A DNA stretch of 64,000 nt, taken from NCBI GenBank assembly GCA_965215265.1, contig OZ244048.1, positions 4,608,001-4,672,000 of the forward strand, in the 5' to 3' direction. Both the position numbers and the translations under genes were made by a program. Below the pieces are notes generated by a model, which saw only the letters and a list, made by a program, of their open reading frames with translations, did no database searches and was not told the origin of the DNA. This stretch comes from Candidatus Poribacteria bacterium. Its GTDB lineage: Bacteria; Poribacteria; WGA-4E; WGA-3G. The first letter of the stretch is position 1, and every line of letters begins with the position of its first letter. This document shows positions 1 to 10,490 of the stretch, piece by piece.

Positions 1-2
1 AA

Positions 3-239
3 GCAGTGGATAGCGAAACAGAGGATAAGACGCTTGATGAACCTGTTATCGTTGCTCTACCTGAGAAGTACGCATCAAAACCGATGAGCGTAACTGAGGC
101 GTTAGCAGAATTACAAACCTCCGGAGAGCCGCTGATCCTCTTTTTAAATTCTGATACACAGCAGGTAAATCTACTCTATCAAGCGGACGAGTTGATAGAT
201 GCAAATGCGTACGGTTGGGTAGAACCGCAGTTTACCTAA
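3..239 (+). CDS. hpf: Ribosome hibernation promoting factor (long HPF) C-terminal domain, 5' truncated by the window edge
   Basis: 'KPMSVTEAL.EL....LILFLN.DT.QVNLLY......YGWVEP' resembles the sigma54-modulation/S30EA C-terminal domain. Confidence 0.7.
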   Translation, partial: AVDSETEDKTLDEPVIVALPEKYASKPMSVTEALAELQTSGEPLILFLNSDTQQVNLLYQADELIDANAYGWVEPQFT

Positions 240-372
240 GCACACCGTGATGTGCATGGAGCGGCTTGTTGCCCCCGCACGCTTAGGGATACCCTTTAAA
301 TAAACCGGGGGCTCCCTTCCGGATCTGCATGATTGACGTTTGCATTGAGGAAGCAGATTGCTATAAAACATT

Positions 373-3033
373 ATGACAAATCTTCCGAAAATTTACGAAC
401 CTCAAGCGATTGAGGACAAATGGTACCAATTCTGGCTGAAAAATAGGTACTTCCACGCAGCCGATAGCTCGGAGCTGCCCCAATTTTCTATTGTAATTCC
501 ACCACCAAACATTACGGGGAGCCTTCATATCGGACACGCGCTTGACAATACATTACAGGATTGTCTTATCCGATGGCGCAGAATGCAGGGATACAATACG
601 CTCTGGATGCCCGGGACAGACCACGCCGGGATTATGACCGAATTGGTTATGGAGCAGAAACTAATTGAAGAAGGGACGAATCGGAACGCTCTCGGTAGAG
701 AAAAGTTTGAGCAGCGGATGTGGAAATGGAAGGAAGAATCCAGTGGATACATCGTCTCACAACTTCAACAATTGGGATGTTCTTGTGACTGGGAACGGGA
801 ACGTTTCACATTAGATAGCGATTTTGCTGTAGCTGTCCGGACCGCTTTTGTTCAACTCTACAACCAAAATCTCATCTATCGCGATACCTATATGGTGAAT
901 TGGTGCCCACACTGCAACACAGCTGTAAGCAATCTTGAAGTGGAGACGCGAGACATTGATGGCCATTTCTATCATATTCGCTATGCCGTTAAGGAGAGTG
1001 ATGTTCAACTTGAAATTGCCACAACTCGTCCCGAAACGATGTTGGGCGATACAGCCGTTGCTGTACACCCCGCAGATGAGCGATACCAACACTTAATTGG
1101 GAAAACAGCAATTCTTCCGATCCAAAACCGGGAGATTCCTATCATCGCAGACGAATACGTAGATAGAGAATTCGGGACTGGGGCTTTGAAGGTTACACCT
1201 GGGCACGATCCGAACGATTATCTTATTGGGCAGCGGCAAAATTTAGAACAACGCACGATTTTCACTTTGGATGGCCACATGAACCAAAACGCAGGAGAAA
1301 AGTATTTTGGTTTATCCCGATGCGAGTGCCGCAAACAAATTGTCGCAGACTTGCAAAGCGAAGGTTATCTGGTTAAAACCGTTCCGCACCGCCATGCTGT
1401 CGGCCATCACGACCGGTGCGGTACCATTGTTGAACCTATCATCTCCTTGCAATGGTTTATGAATGTCCGGCCCCTCGCGCAACGCACTATTGAAGCGGTA
1501 AAAAAAGGGGACGTGAAGTTTATTCCGGAACGCGAAACCACACGCTTCTATCATTGGATGGAAAACATTGAACCGTGGCCGATTTCACGCCAACGGTGGT
1601 GGGGACATCGGCTACCGATCTGGTATTGCAACGCTTGTGACACGGTGCTTGCTGCAATCGAAACCCCACAACAGTGTCAATGCGGCGCAACCGAAATGAC
1701 TCAAGATGAGGATGTACTCGATACATGGTTCAGCTCAGGACTCTGGCCCTTCGCTACAATGGGCTGGCCCCAAAATACAAAAACCTTGGAAACGTTTTAT
1801 CCCAACTCCGTGCTCGTCACCGGCTGGGATATTCTCTTCTTCTGGGTGTCCCGTATGATGATGCTCGGACTTGGTTGTATGAATGAGGTTCCGTTCCGCA
1901 CTGTTTATCTTCACGGGCTTGTTGCCGACGAAAAAGGGGATAAAATGAGCAAATCAAAAGGCAATAGCATCGACCCGCTTGAAACTATCGCAACGTACGG
2001 GACTGATGCCTTCCGGTTCGCCCTTGCAAACGTCGCGACACCAATCCCTTATGTACCGCTCCCTGAATCCCAAATTGAAGCCGGTAAACGGTTTGCAAAC
2101 AAGATATGGAATGCGGCACGATTTACACTGATGAACCTTCAAAAGCACCCACGTCCGGAAAACACCCAGCCAGATACTGTGCAAGAACCGCAAGCGCTCG
2201 AACTCGCTTGGATCCAGAGTAGACTTAGCCATGCCATCAAAACGACAACAGATGCACTAGAAAATTTTCGATTCCATGAGGCCGTACAAACAGTCTATGC
2301 CTTTCTCTGGCATGAATTTTGTGATTGGTACCTTGAATTCACTAAACAACGACTTGCTCAGGCGGAGCCTGAAGCTTTGTGGGTAGCAGCGGAGGTCTTG
2401 GAAAAGAGCGTCCGGCTCCTTCACCCCTTTATGCCGTTTATAACTGAGGAGATTTGGCAGCAATTGTTGCATAACCGGGTCGGTGCTGTTTCTGAAGCGG
2501 CAGAGTCTGTTACTGTAGCACATTGGCCAGAATCCGCTGGCGAAAACCCACACGTAGAAGCGACTATGGGAATAGTGATGACTGTTATTGATAACATCCG
2601 GAGCATACGCGGGGAATTGAATGTCCCAATCCGTGCTGCTGTAAAGGTACTCATCCAGGCACCAGATGCTGAGAAACGGGAACGTCTAAGTACATACCTT
2701 GGACAGTATCTCCCTGCTTTCATGCGTGTTCACAGCATTACAATTGCTGAGAGCCTATCAAAACCGCCTGCTTCTGCTGAAGCAGTCATCGACGGGCTCG
2801 TCATCTATATCCCTCTTGAAGGTGTCATCGATCTGGAGGCGGAACGCGCAAGACTTAGCAAACGACACCGACAAGTGATAAAGGATGTTACAGCAGCCCA
2901 GAACACATTGGATAATCCCAATTTCATCAATCGGGCACCCGCGAAAGTCGTCTCACAAAAACGCGCACAATTGGAACGGCTCTTGGCCGAACAAGAAAAG
3001 TTATCTCAAAGTTTGTCCGTCTTAACGGAATAA
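373..3033 (+). CDS. valS: Valine--tRNA ligase
   Basis: PPPNITGSLHIGH, KMSKS, ATTRPET and DVLDTWFSS motifs; C-terminal coiled coil; 886 aa. Confidence 0.98.
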   Translation: MTNLPKIYEPQAIEDKWYQFWLKNRYFHAADSSELPQFSIVIPPPNITGSLHIGHALDNTLQDCLIRWRRMQGYNTLWMPGTDHAGIMTELVMEQKLIEEGTNRNALGREKFEQRMWKWKEESSGYIVSQLQQLGCSCDWERERFTLDSDFAVAVRTAFVQLYNQNLIYRDTYMVNWCPHCNTAVSNLEVETRDIDGHFYHIRYAVKESDVQLEIATTRPETMLGDTAVAVHPADERYQHLIGKTAILPIQNREIPIIADEYVDREFGTGALKVTPGHDPNDYLIGQRQNLEQRTIFTLDGHMNQNAGEKYFGLSRCECRKQIVADLQSEGYLVKTVPHRHAVGHHDRCGTIVEPIISLQWFMNVRPLAQRTIEAVKKGDVKFIPERETTRFYHWMENIEPWPISRQRWWGHRLPIWYCNACDTVLAAIETPQQCQCGATEMTQDEDVLDTWFSSGLWPFATMGWPQNTKTLETFYPNSVLVTGWDILFFWVSRMMMLGLGCMNEVPFRTVYLHGLVADEKGDKMSKSKGNSIDPLETIATYGTDAFRFALANVATPIPYVPLPESQIEAGKRFANKIWNAARFTLMNLQKHPRPENTQPDTVQEPQALELAWIQSRLSHAIKTTTDALENFRFHEAVQTVYAFLWHEFCDWYLEFTKQRLAQAEPEALWVAAEVLEKSVRLLHPFMPFITEEIWQQLLHNRVGAVSEAAESVTVAHWPESAGENPHVEATMGIVMTVIDNIRSIRGELNVPIRAAVKVLIQAPDAEKRERLSTYLGQYLPAFMRVHSITIAESLSKPPASAEAVIDGLVIYIPLEGVIDLEAERARLSKRHRQVIKDVTAAQNTLDNPNFINRAPAKVVSQKRAQLERLLAEQEKLSQSLSVLTE

Positions 3034-3101
3034 TATCTGGATTTCTGTGGGGCTCAGGCTTGTAGTTTATCTCCCCGCCCATGTCCGGAAGGAGCACCAA
3101 A

Positions 3102-3509
3102 ATGGAGATTGAGAATAATGAAAGATGCTTTGTTTGCGGTATGAAAAATCCGTTCGGTTTGCAAGTTAAACCCGAAATTCTTGCAGATGGTGCACAAGTG
3201 AGAATTGAATGTACGCCACCAGCGCATTTGCAAGGCTGGGCGGATGTGTTGCATGGAGGTATTCTCAGCACCTTGTTGGATGAAGCCATTACCTATATCG
3301 GTATAGCGACTTTTGGCAAACCGGCTGTCACTGTGCAACTTGATGTTCGATTCCGCAATCCCTCTCCAACAGGTGTGAAATTAACTGTTTTAGCACAACG
3401 GATAAAGGCATCATCCCGCTTGGTTTTAGCTGATGCAAGTGTCACTCTGTTCGATGGAACGGTCGTCGCTACTGCTAGTGGGAAAGTCATGTTAGCAAGT
3501 CGTAGCTGA
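3102..3509 (+). CDS. PaaI family (hotdog-fold) thioesterase
   Basis: CFVCG..NP.GL and HGGILSTLLDE motifs; AAGGAG precedes ATG 3102. Confidence 0.9.
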   Translation: MEIENNERCFVCGMKNPFGLQVKPEILADGAQVRIECTPPAHLQGWADVLHGGILSTLLDEAITYIGIATFGKPAVTVQLDVRFRNPSPTGVKLTVLAQRIKASSRLVLADASVTLFDGTVVATASGKVMLASRS

Positions 3510-3530
3510 ACATCGCGGGCAAACGAAAAA

Positions 3531-5174
3531 ATGCCAAAGCAGCACAATCAGTTTTCTATACAAAAGACATGCGATACGGATGTTCTTATCATCGGAAGCG
3601 GTGCGGCAGGTTTGCGTGCTGCGCTGTCCGCTGGGCAACGTGCTAAAGTGACGCTCATGACAAAGTCCGTTCTCAAAGAGAGCAATTCGCAGTACGCCCA
3701 AGGCGGCATAGCCGTTGCTATGAACGTAGATGACACAGTCGCGCTGCATGTAGAAGATACTTGTAACGCGGGGGACGGGCTTTGTGAATTAGGTGCTGTT
3801 GAGACGATGGTATCGGAAGGGGTGCCGCGCGTAACGGAGCTCGTTGAGTGGGGTGCCAATTTTGATTGGGAGGGTACCCTCCCACGGTTTACGCGAGAAG
3901 CAGCCCATAGCCGACGACGCATTGTACACAAAGGCGATGCAACCGGACGAGAAACCACAGATGTGTTAATCCAACGCGTTAATGCCGCAGAACAGATCGA
4001 TGTTTTAGCGAACTCCTTCGCTATCGATTTTTTTATAGCAGATGGACGGTGTTATGGCGTTATCGCAGTTGTTGAGAACGAACTAGTATGGTTTCGGGCA
4101 AAAGCCACTGTCCTCGCCACTGGCGGACTCGGGCAGCTCTATCCGTGCACCTCAAATCCAGCGGTTGCAACAGGTGACGGCTTCGCTGCAGCTTGGCGTG
4201 CTGGATGTGAACTGATTGATATGGAATTTGTTCAGTTCCATCCGACTACGCTCTATCTCCAAGGTGCGCCGAATTTTTTGATTTCAGAGGCTGTACGCGG
4301 CGAAGGAGGAACGCTGATAAATATCCGCGGCGAACGGTTTATGGATAAATACCATCAAATGGGCGAGCTCGCACCACGTGATGTCGTCAGCCGGGCTATC
4401 TGGGCAGAAATGCGCCAAACTGGATTTCCATGTGTCTATTTGGATATCACCCATCAGCCGGCGGACTTTATACTGCAACGTTTTCCAACCATCTCGGATA
4501 TGACACGACACCATGGATTAGACATCTGCATAGACTTAATTCCAGTCCGTCCCGGAGCACACTTTATGATGGGCGGGATTCGGACGAACATTGAAACTGA
4601 AACAAATATCCAGGGGCTGTATGCTTGTGGCGAAGTCGCATGCACCGGGGTTCACGGGGCAAACCGCCTGGCGAGCAACTCCCTATTAGAGTGCCTCGTT
4701 TTTGGGGCACGCGCCGGGGGGAATGCCGCCGCATTTGCGGATACGGTAGCAGACCTTCATCTTCAAAATATAGAGCAGAGCCTATTAGCCGGAGAAAGTT
4801 GTACACTCGACGGCATCGAAACCGCAAAGACAACAATCCGAGAAACGCTGTGGAAAAACGTCGGCATCGAACGAAATGGCGAGGGTTTAGGAGAAACGCT
4901 CGCCGAATTGGGAAAATTGGTTCAACTAAACGTGCATCGTACTGTCCACAATGGTTCTCTGCCGCCCTATGCAACCAGCACAAACATCGCGGCATTTGAA
5001 ATGTTGAATATGCTGGAGACTGCTTATCTCATCACTGAGGCCTCGCTCATCCGGACAGAGAGCCGGGGGGCACACTACCGCACCGACTTCCCTGAGCGGG
5101 ATGATTCCGTCTGGCAACAGCGCATTATTCTCACCCGTGGGAAAGCCCCTCAGTTAATAGAGTTAGACGGATAA
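3531..5174 (+). CDS. nadB: L-aspartate oxidase
   Basis: GSGAAG FAD motif, AQGGIA, QFHPT, HGANRLASNSLLE, ESRGAHYR. Confidence 0.95.
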   Translation: MPKQHNQFSIQKTCDTDVLIIGSGAAGLRAALSAGQRAKVTLMTKSVLKESNSQYAQGGIAVAMNVDDTVALHVEDTCNAGDGLCELGAVETMVSEGVPRVTELVEWGANFDWEGTLPRFTREAAHSRRRIVHKGDATGRETTDVLIQRVNAAEQIDVLANSFAIDFFIADGRCYGVIAVVENELVWFRAKATVLATGGLGQLYPCTSNPAVATGDGFAAAWRAGCELIDMEFVQFHPTTLYLQGAPNFLISEAVRGEGGTLINIRGERFMDKYHQMGELAPRDVVSRAIWAEMRQTGFPCVYLDITHQPADFILQRFPTISDMTRHHGLDICIDLIPVRPGAHFMMGGIRTNIETETNIQGLYACGEVACTGVHGANRLASNSLLECLVFGARAGGNAAAFADTVADLHLQNIEQSLLAGESCTLDGIETAKTTIRETLWKNVGIERNGEGLGETLAELGKLVQLNVHRTVHNGSLPPYATSTNIAAFEMLNMLETAYLITEASLIRTESRGAHYRTDFPERDDSVWQQRIILTRGKAPQLIELDG

Positions 5175-5204
5175 AGCACCGGGGGCATCTCTTGTAGGTT
5201 TATC

Positions 5205-7496
5205 TCACTCACTCACTTTCCCGATAACCGAACCCGTCAACCGTTTCTGTTGCCCTATCCGTTTGCCCTCTTTGGTCGAATTCACCGCTGGTGCTTCGCG
5301 CTGCCCGTAAATTTCGACATAATTATCATAACTATTAATAACTTTTTTGATATGCAGACGCGTCTCTCTAATCTTAATTTTTTCTACAAATTCGTCGAGA
5401 TCCGCTATATTCTTAGATTTTATCCATCGTCTCATGCGGCCGGGTCCACCGTTATATGCACCGGTTACAAGCATGGCGTTATTGTCAAAAAGGGAATTAA
5501 GATAGGCAATGTACTTAGTCCCCATTTGGATATTGATTTCGGGCTGTTTGAGCATCGTAGTGCGGAATCGTCGGATTTTGAGTTGACGTGCGAGAAGCTT
5601 GCCCGTAGCAGGCATGATTTGCATCAATCCAATAGCGCCTGCCCAACTGATTGCATCAGCACGATAACGGCTCTCTTCCAAAATCATCGCGTAGATTAAG
5701 TATTCGTCTACCTGATAGGACACAGCGTATTTCCCAATTAGTGACGCATAGTAGCGTGGATAGAGTACTTCGCGGAGTTTCCTGGTCTGCGAGGTATCAG
5801 TATGCACAAAAGTCTGGTTTTGGAGTGCTTGTTCAGCCACTTCTCGTGCCCGGTCATACCGTGCTGTCTGTTCATAACAGTTAATCAACGCATAGAAAGT
5901 GTCAAATGCAGTTTGCAGCTCTCCGTACTCAATCTGGTAGTTTAGCTGGGCAATGGCATCCTCATAAAGATGGAGTTTCATTAAAGCGTTGGCTTGTTTA
6001 GGTAAGGCGGCCTGAGCTGGAAGTTCTGCGTCGGGGATGGCCCTCGGTTCTAATTCAGAGCGAGAAAGCCCTAAAATCGCCTTTGCCCTGGCACTATAAT
6101 ACCAATAGTTGGCTTTGGCGACTTGTGTGTAGAGCTCTTGGGCGAGCGCCGGTCTGTTTTGCCGTTCCTGGATTTTTGCCATCCAGAAATGCGCGCCCAT
6201 TGCGTAACGGTTCCCCGGAAAATTTTCTTTTAAACCTTTAAAAGCGTTGTAGCTTTCCTCATATCGCTTTTGGTCAAAACGCTGCCAGCCTATTCGCCAG
6301 CCGGCAACATCGGCATAAGGACTCTTTGGCGCCGCCTGGATTAACTGGGTGTAGGCTTTGAAGGCAGCAGCCACATTCCCGCGCTTTTCCTGGATTTGCG
6401 CGAGTGCGTAAAGCGCATCATCCACTAATTCACTCCATTCGTAGGCTTTGACGAAGCTTTCAAGACGTTTTGTGGCGGTTTTGAGGTGGCCTTTGAGCCG
6501 GTAGCACTGCGCTGTTTGATATTCGGCGCGTGTCAAATAGTCGCTTTGGTGGCCGAGTGCTACCACAACGTTATATTTCTTAATAGCTGTGTTATACCAT
6601 TTTCTTCCCTGATAGCTCTGCCCCAGAAAGTAAAATGCTTGGCCTCTCAACTTCAGGTCTTTCGTAGAAGTAATCCTTTCAAATTCGAGGGCGGCTGCCT
6701 TCCAATTTTTACGGTTTAAAAACACACGTCCACAATTCAACCGGTCCTCAGCTGTGAGGGTGAACCTCTTGTGATTTCTTGAGAGCCGTTTGAGTCGGCC
6801 GAGGGACTCTTCTGCAATATTATCGGTATAGTTTTCCTGAAGAAGTTGCTGATAGATTTCAAAGGCGGCAGCAGTGTTCCGGAGCCCTTCCTCACACTGC
6901 CCGCGTGCATAAGCCGCTTTTCGAACATAGCGTTTGTCATCGCTGAGTTCCGATAAGAACGCTTTCGCTGCTGTCCACTGCTTCTGTTTTAAGTGCAGTT
7001 CAACCAGAGCCCACTGTGCTTGGGCACGATAGAAACTGTCTGGATACTCTTTGACGATACGCGAGTACCATGCTCTCGCCTTGCTCTTATTGTTCATCTT
7101 TTCATAAATCTGGGCGAGACGATAAATGGCGCTATCCGCCAATGGATATGTATGTGACGCGACGCGTGCGTAGCTGCCAATTGCTTTCGCGCGATGCCCC
7201 AATTTTTCATAGCAGTAGCCTAACACATGATGAATCTCCTGCCTTTCCGGCTCGGACAATGCCACGCGTAATAAACCCTCTAATTTGGGGATAGCACGCT
7301 TGTAGTGCCCCTTATCTATGAATCTAAAAGCAGCGAATTTAGCCCCCTCGCTACTTGAATCGTGCACGATATTATCAGCATAAACGAACGTTCCTGCAAT
7401 AAAACAACTATAAACCAGGAACGCAACACTGAATAAAATCTTTCCCCAATTTTCCCAATCCCTTGTCGACTTTTGTGTTCTCAGAAAAAAAAGCAT
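5205..7496 (-). CDS. TPR-containing soluble lytic transglycosylase (SLT domain)
   Basis: N-terminal hydrophobic signal and TPR-like repeats; EES...GAIGLMQIMP.T, AYNGGPG and ETR.HIKKV motifs. Confidence 0.92.
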   Translation of the reverse strand: MLFFLRTQKSTRDWENWGKILFSVAFLVYSCFIAGTFVYADNIVHDSSSEGAKFAAFRFIDKGHYKRAIPKLEGLLRVALSEPERQEIHHVLGYCYEKLGHRAKAIGSYARVASHTYPLADSAIYRLAQIYEKMNNKSKARAWYSRIVKEYPDSFYRAQAQWALVELHLKQKQWTAAKAFLSELSDDKRYVRKAAYARGQCEEGLRNTAAAFEIYQQLLQENYTDNIAEESLGRLKRLSRNHKRFTLTAEDRLNCGRVFLNRKNWKAAALEFERITSTKDLKLRGQAFYFLGQSYQGRKWYNTAIKKYNVVVALGHQSDYLTRAEYQTAQCYRLKGHLKTATKRLESFVKAYEWSELVDDALYALAQIQEKRGNVAAAFKAYTQLIQAAPKSPYADVAGWRIGWQRFDQKRYEESYNAFKGLKENFPGNRYAMGAHFWMAKIQERQNRPALAQELYTQVAKANYWYYSARAKAILGLSRSELEPRAIPDAELPAQAALPKQANALMKLHLYEDAIAQLNYQIEYGELQTAFDTFYALINCYEQTARYDRAREVAEQALQNQTFVHTDTSQTRKLREVLYPRYYASLIGKYAVSYQVDEYLIYAMILEESRYRADAISWAGAIGLMQIMPATGKLLARQLKIRRFRTTMLKQPEINIQMGTKYIAYLNSLFDNNAMLVTGAYNGGPGRMRRWIKSKNIADLDEFVEKIKIRETRLHIKKVINSYDNYVEIYGQREAPAVNSTKEGKRIGQQKRLTGSVIGKVSE

Positions 7497-7784
7497 ATCT
7501 TTAATTCCTATTGTGGTTTTTCATCTTTCGGATGCGAATTCGCGTGAATTAAACAGTCATTACCAAATTCCTACGATGGGATACGGCCAGCTCATTAGTC
7601 GAGTCTCAAAAATAGATAAACCTCCCCAATTTACTTATATTGTAACGTTTATTAATCGCAAACAGCAACAAAAAAAATAAGGATAACAGCAGGTATAGAA
7701 ATCACTTGCTAAATAGGCGATGTACTGCTATACTTAACAGTAATCTAATTGCGCAATGAATATTGCGCGCAGAGGAGGATGTTC

Positions 7785-8561
7785 ATGGAAATTGTAGCAC
7801 TTGGGAAAACAGGATTAGAGGTTTCACGCCTTTCAATTGGCACCGGATCAAACGGATGGAATGGCAGGTCAAATCAGACAGACTTAGGGCTGGAAGGCCT
7901 ACGCGACCTGCTGTTATTTTCACATCAAAAAGGCGTTACGTTCTGGGATACTGCAGACCAGTACGGGAGCCACCCGCATGTCAGGGAGGCTCTCAAGCAC
8001 GTGGACCGGAGTAGTGTAACAATTACAACTAAAACGGTATCACGTACACGTGAGGAAGTTGAATCGGATGTCAAGCGATTCCTGCGGGAAATCGCGTCAG
8101 ACTATGTGGACATTGTGTTGCTCCACTGCTTGACTCAACATGATTGGCCATCCCGCTATCCGGATGCCATGGAGGCACTGGTCCGGTGTAAGGAGCAGGG
8201 ATTGATTCGCGCACACGGTGTCTCCTGCCACGATTTTGGTGCGTTCCAGACATCGGCTATGACAGACTGGGTTGATGTTGTACTCGCACGGATTAACTAT
8301 GCAGGAGTACACATGGACGCATCACCTGCAGATGTTATCCGAACAATGGAACAGATGACATTTGCTGGCAAAGGCATCTACGGCATGAAGGTACTTGGCC
8401 AGGGTAAACTGGCTAAGGAAGCAGGTCGGACACGAGAGGCAATCGAATTCGTGATGCAGCTGCCGTGTGTTCACGCTATGACTATCGGCATGACATCCCG
8501 CAACGAAGTTGAAATGAATGTGCAAATTATTAATCAATTAGAAGAGAGTTTACATGCCTAA
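7785..8561 (+). CDS. Aldo/keto reductase
   Basis: LGKTGLEVSRLSIGT, DTADQYG, DIVLLH; GGAGG precedes ATG 7785. Confidence 0.92.
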   Translation: MEIVALGKTGLEVSRLSIGTGSNGWNGRSNQTDLGLEGLRDLLLFSHQKGVTFWDTADQYGSHPHVREALKHVDRSSVTITTKTVSRTREEVESDVKRFLREIASDYVDIVLLHCLTQHDWPSRYPDAMEALVRCKEQGLIRAHGVSCHDFGAFQTSAMTDWVDVVLARINYAGVHMDASPADVIRTMEQMTFAGKGIYGMKVLGQGKLAKEAGRTREAIEFVMQLPCVHAMTIGMTSRNEVEMNVQIINQLEESLHA

Positions 8562-8763
8562 GCTCCAACCCTTAAAGAACGTGTAACGCGCGGTAGGGGG
8601 GTAGGTGAGGCACCTGTCTGAAAACGTTATCACGAACCAAACTGCCGGCATTCCTGGTAAGATGAACTAGCATTCAACGCTATAACGATACCGGTGCCTC
8701 TTCCTCAACCTCAACAAATATCATCCGGTATTTAGACCGCTTTAGTGTTCGTAAAATAGGAGC

Positions 8764-8860
8764 GGATAACTTCAAACAAGGCAGCAAGCGGACAAAGCAG
8801 ATTGCGTGTGAAGAGAGACAAAGGATACTGGGATAACTTCAAACAAGGCAGCAAGCGGAC
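8764..8860. repeat. Two identical 30-bp direct repeats separated by a 37-bp spacer
   Basis: GGATAACTTCAAACAAGGCAGCAAGCGGAC at 8764-8793 and 8831-8860. Confidence 0.95.
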
Positions 8861-8909
8861 CCATTTTTTGAGGAGTCCATTTCGCAGCGCAGGCAATATT
8901 GCCTGAGAT

Positions 8910-10367
8910 ATGAGAAAAATCATGGATAAATACGAAACAGTCATCGGTTTAGAAATCCACGCAGAATTATGTACACAAAGTAAATTGTTCTGCCATTGCG
9001 CGTATACCTTCGGTGCCTCAGCGAACGATTGCACTTGTCCTGTCTGTCTAGGGATGCCGGGTACCTTGCCTGTTATGAACACGCGCGCAGTGGAGTTCGC
9101 TGTACGTGCAGGCTTGGCGATGGGATGCCAAATTGCTTCATACAGCAAATTTGATCGTAAAAACTATTTTTATCCCGATTTGCCGAAAAACTACCAGATT
9201 TCGCAGTACGATTTGCCGTTGTGTCAAAATGGGCAGGTGACGTTTGACTTTAACGGTAAACTTCGCACCGTTGCACTCCGCCGAATCCATCTCGAAGAAG
9301 ATACCGGCAAATCCGTACACGCCGAAGTGACCGGAGACGCAACGCGGAGTTTCATGGATTTTAATCGCGCCGGGGTACCGCTATTGGAAATCGTAAGTGA
9401 GCCTGAACTCCACTCGCCCGCCGAAGCAATCGCCTACTGCCGTGCAGTTAAAGAAATTTTAGAATACATTGCAGTCAGCGATTGTAACATGGAAGAAGGA
9501 AGCCTACGTTGTGAACCGAACCTGTCTCTCCGTCCGAAGGGCAGTACTGAATTGGGAACACGCACAGAGATTAAGAATAAAAACTCCTTTCAGGAACTCT
9601 TTGACGCTATGGAATACGAGGTGAAACGGCAGACACGAATCTTGGATGCAGGCGGTGAGATTGCACAGGAGACGCTGCTTTACAACGCAAGCACAGGGAA
9701 GACCGCGGCTATGCGTGGAAAGGAAGAAGCGGATGATTACCGTTATTTCCCAGAACCAGACCTCGTTCATGTTCAAATCGATGCAGAATCGCTGGCTGAA
9801 ATCCAATCCACGCTCCCAGAGTTGCCTGCAGCACGACGCGCACGTTTTATTTCGGACTATCGACTTTCACCTGAAAATTCCCAATTTTTGACAGCTACAC
9901 CCCAATTGGCTGACTTCTTTGAGGACACAGCACGACTCAGCGGCGAACCGACTGCAGCCGCCAATTGGATAATGGGCGATCTGGCGCGCCTCCTCAATGC
10001 CGCACAGATTCAGATTCAGGAGGCAAAGGTAACACCACCGCATCTGAGTCAACTCATTGAGTTGATTAACAACGCAACTATCAGCGGCAAAATCGCAAAA
10101 TCGGTGCTTGATGAGGCGTTCGAGACAGGGAAAATGCCCAAGGAGATTGTCAAAGAGAAAGGATTAGCACAGATTACTGACTCCTCCGCAATTGAAGAGA
10201 TTATCTTACAAGTTGTGGAAGAACATCCAGGACCAGCACAGGATTATCGCAATGGCACAAAAAAGGCACTCGGATTCCTCGTTGGACAGGTGATGCGTGC
10301 AACAAAAGGGAAAGCGAATCCGCAGCTGGTGAATCGCATCTTGACACAAGTGTTGACTGCAGACTGA
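8910..10367 (+). CDS. gatB: Asp/Glu-tRNA amidotransferase subunit B
   Basis: VIGLEIH, FDRKNYFYPDLPKNYQISQ, DYRYFPEPDL, GQVM.ATKGKANP. Confidence 0.98.
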   Translation: MRKIMDKYETVIGLEIHAELCTQSKLFCHCAYTFGASANDCTCPVCLGMPGTLPVMNTRAVEFAVRAGLAMGCQIASYSKFDRKNYFYPDLPKNYQISQYDLPLCQNGQVTFDFNGKLRTVALRRIHLEEDTGKSVHAEVTGDATRSFMDFNRAGVPLLEIVSEPELHSPAEAIAYCRAVKEILEYIAVSDCNMEEGSLRCEPNLSLRPKGSTELGTRTEIKNKNSFQELFDAMEYEVKRQTRILDAGGEIAQETLLYNASTGKTAAMRGKEEADDYRYFPEPDLVHVQIDAESLAEIQSTLPELPAARRARFISDYRLSPENSQFLTATPQLADFFEDTARLSGEPTAAANWIMGDLARLLNAAQIQIQEAKVTPPHLSQLIELINNATISGKIAKSVLDEAFETGKMPKEIVKEKGLAQITDSSAIEEIILQVVEEHPGPAQDYRNGTKKALGFLVGQVMRATKGKANPQLVNRILTQVLTAD

Positions 10368-10376
10368 AAGCAATTC

Positions 10377-10490
10377 ATGGATATCACTCAGATACGAGAT
10401 AAACTATCTCAGATTAGACAGATGGGTTATATGGAAACCTGCAAGAAGAAGATATCTATTTTAGTTATCGTTCAGGAACAACTGATATGA
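10377..10490 (+). pseudogene. Collapsed remnant of a restriction endonuclease (MvaI/BcnI-like N-terminus)
   Basis: 37-codon ORF MDITQIRDKLSQIRQMGY..., with its stop overlapping the methyltransferase start (ATGA); family assignment is by recalled resemblance. Confidence 0.5.

Noticed and set aside
3068-3100. CCCCGCCCATGTCCGGAAGGAGCACC resembles the SRP RNA core
   Set aside because: The conserved AGG/AGCA internal loop and closing helix are not intact, the gap is only about 68 nt, and the AAGGAG is explained as the thioesterase RBS.
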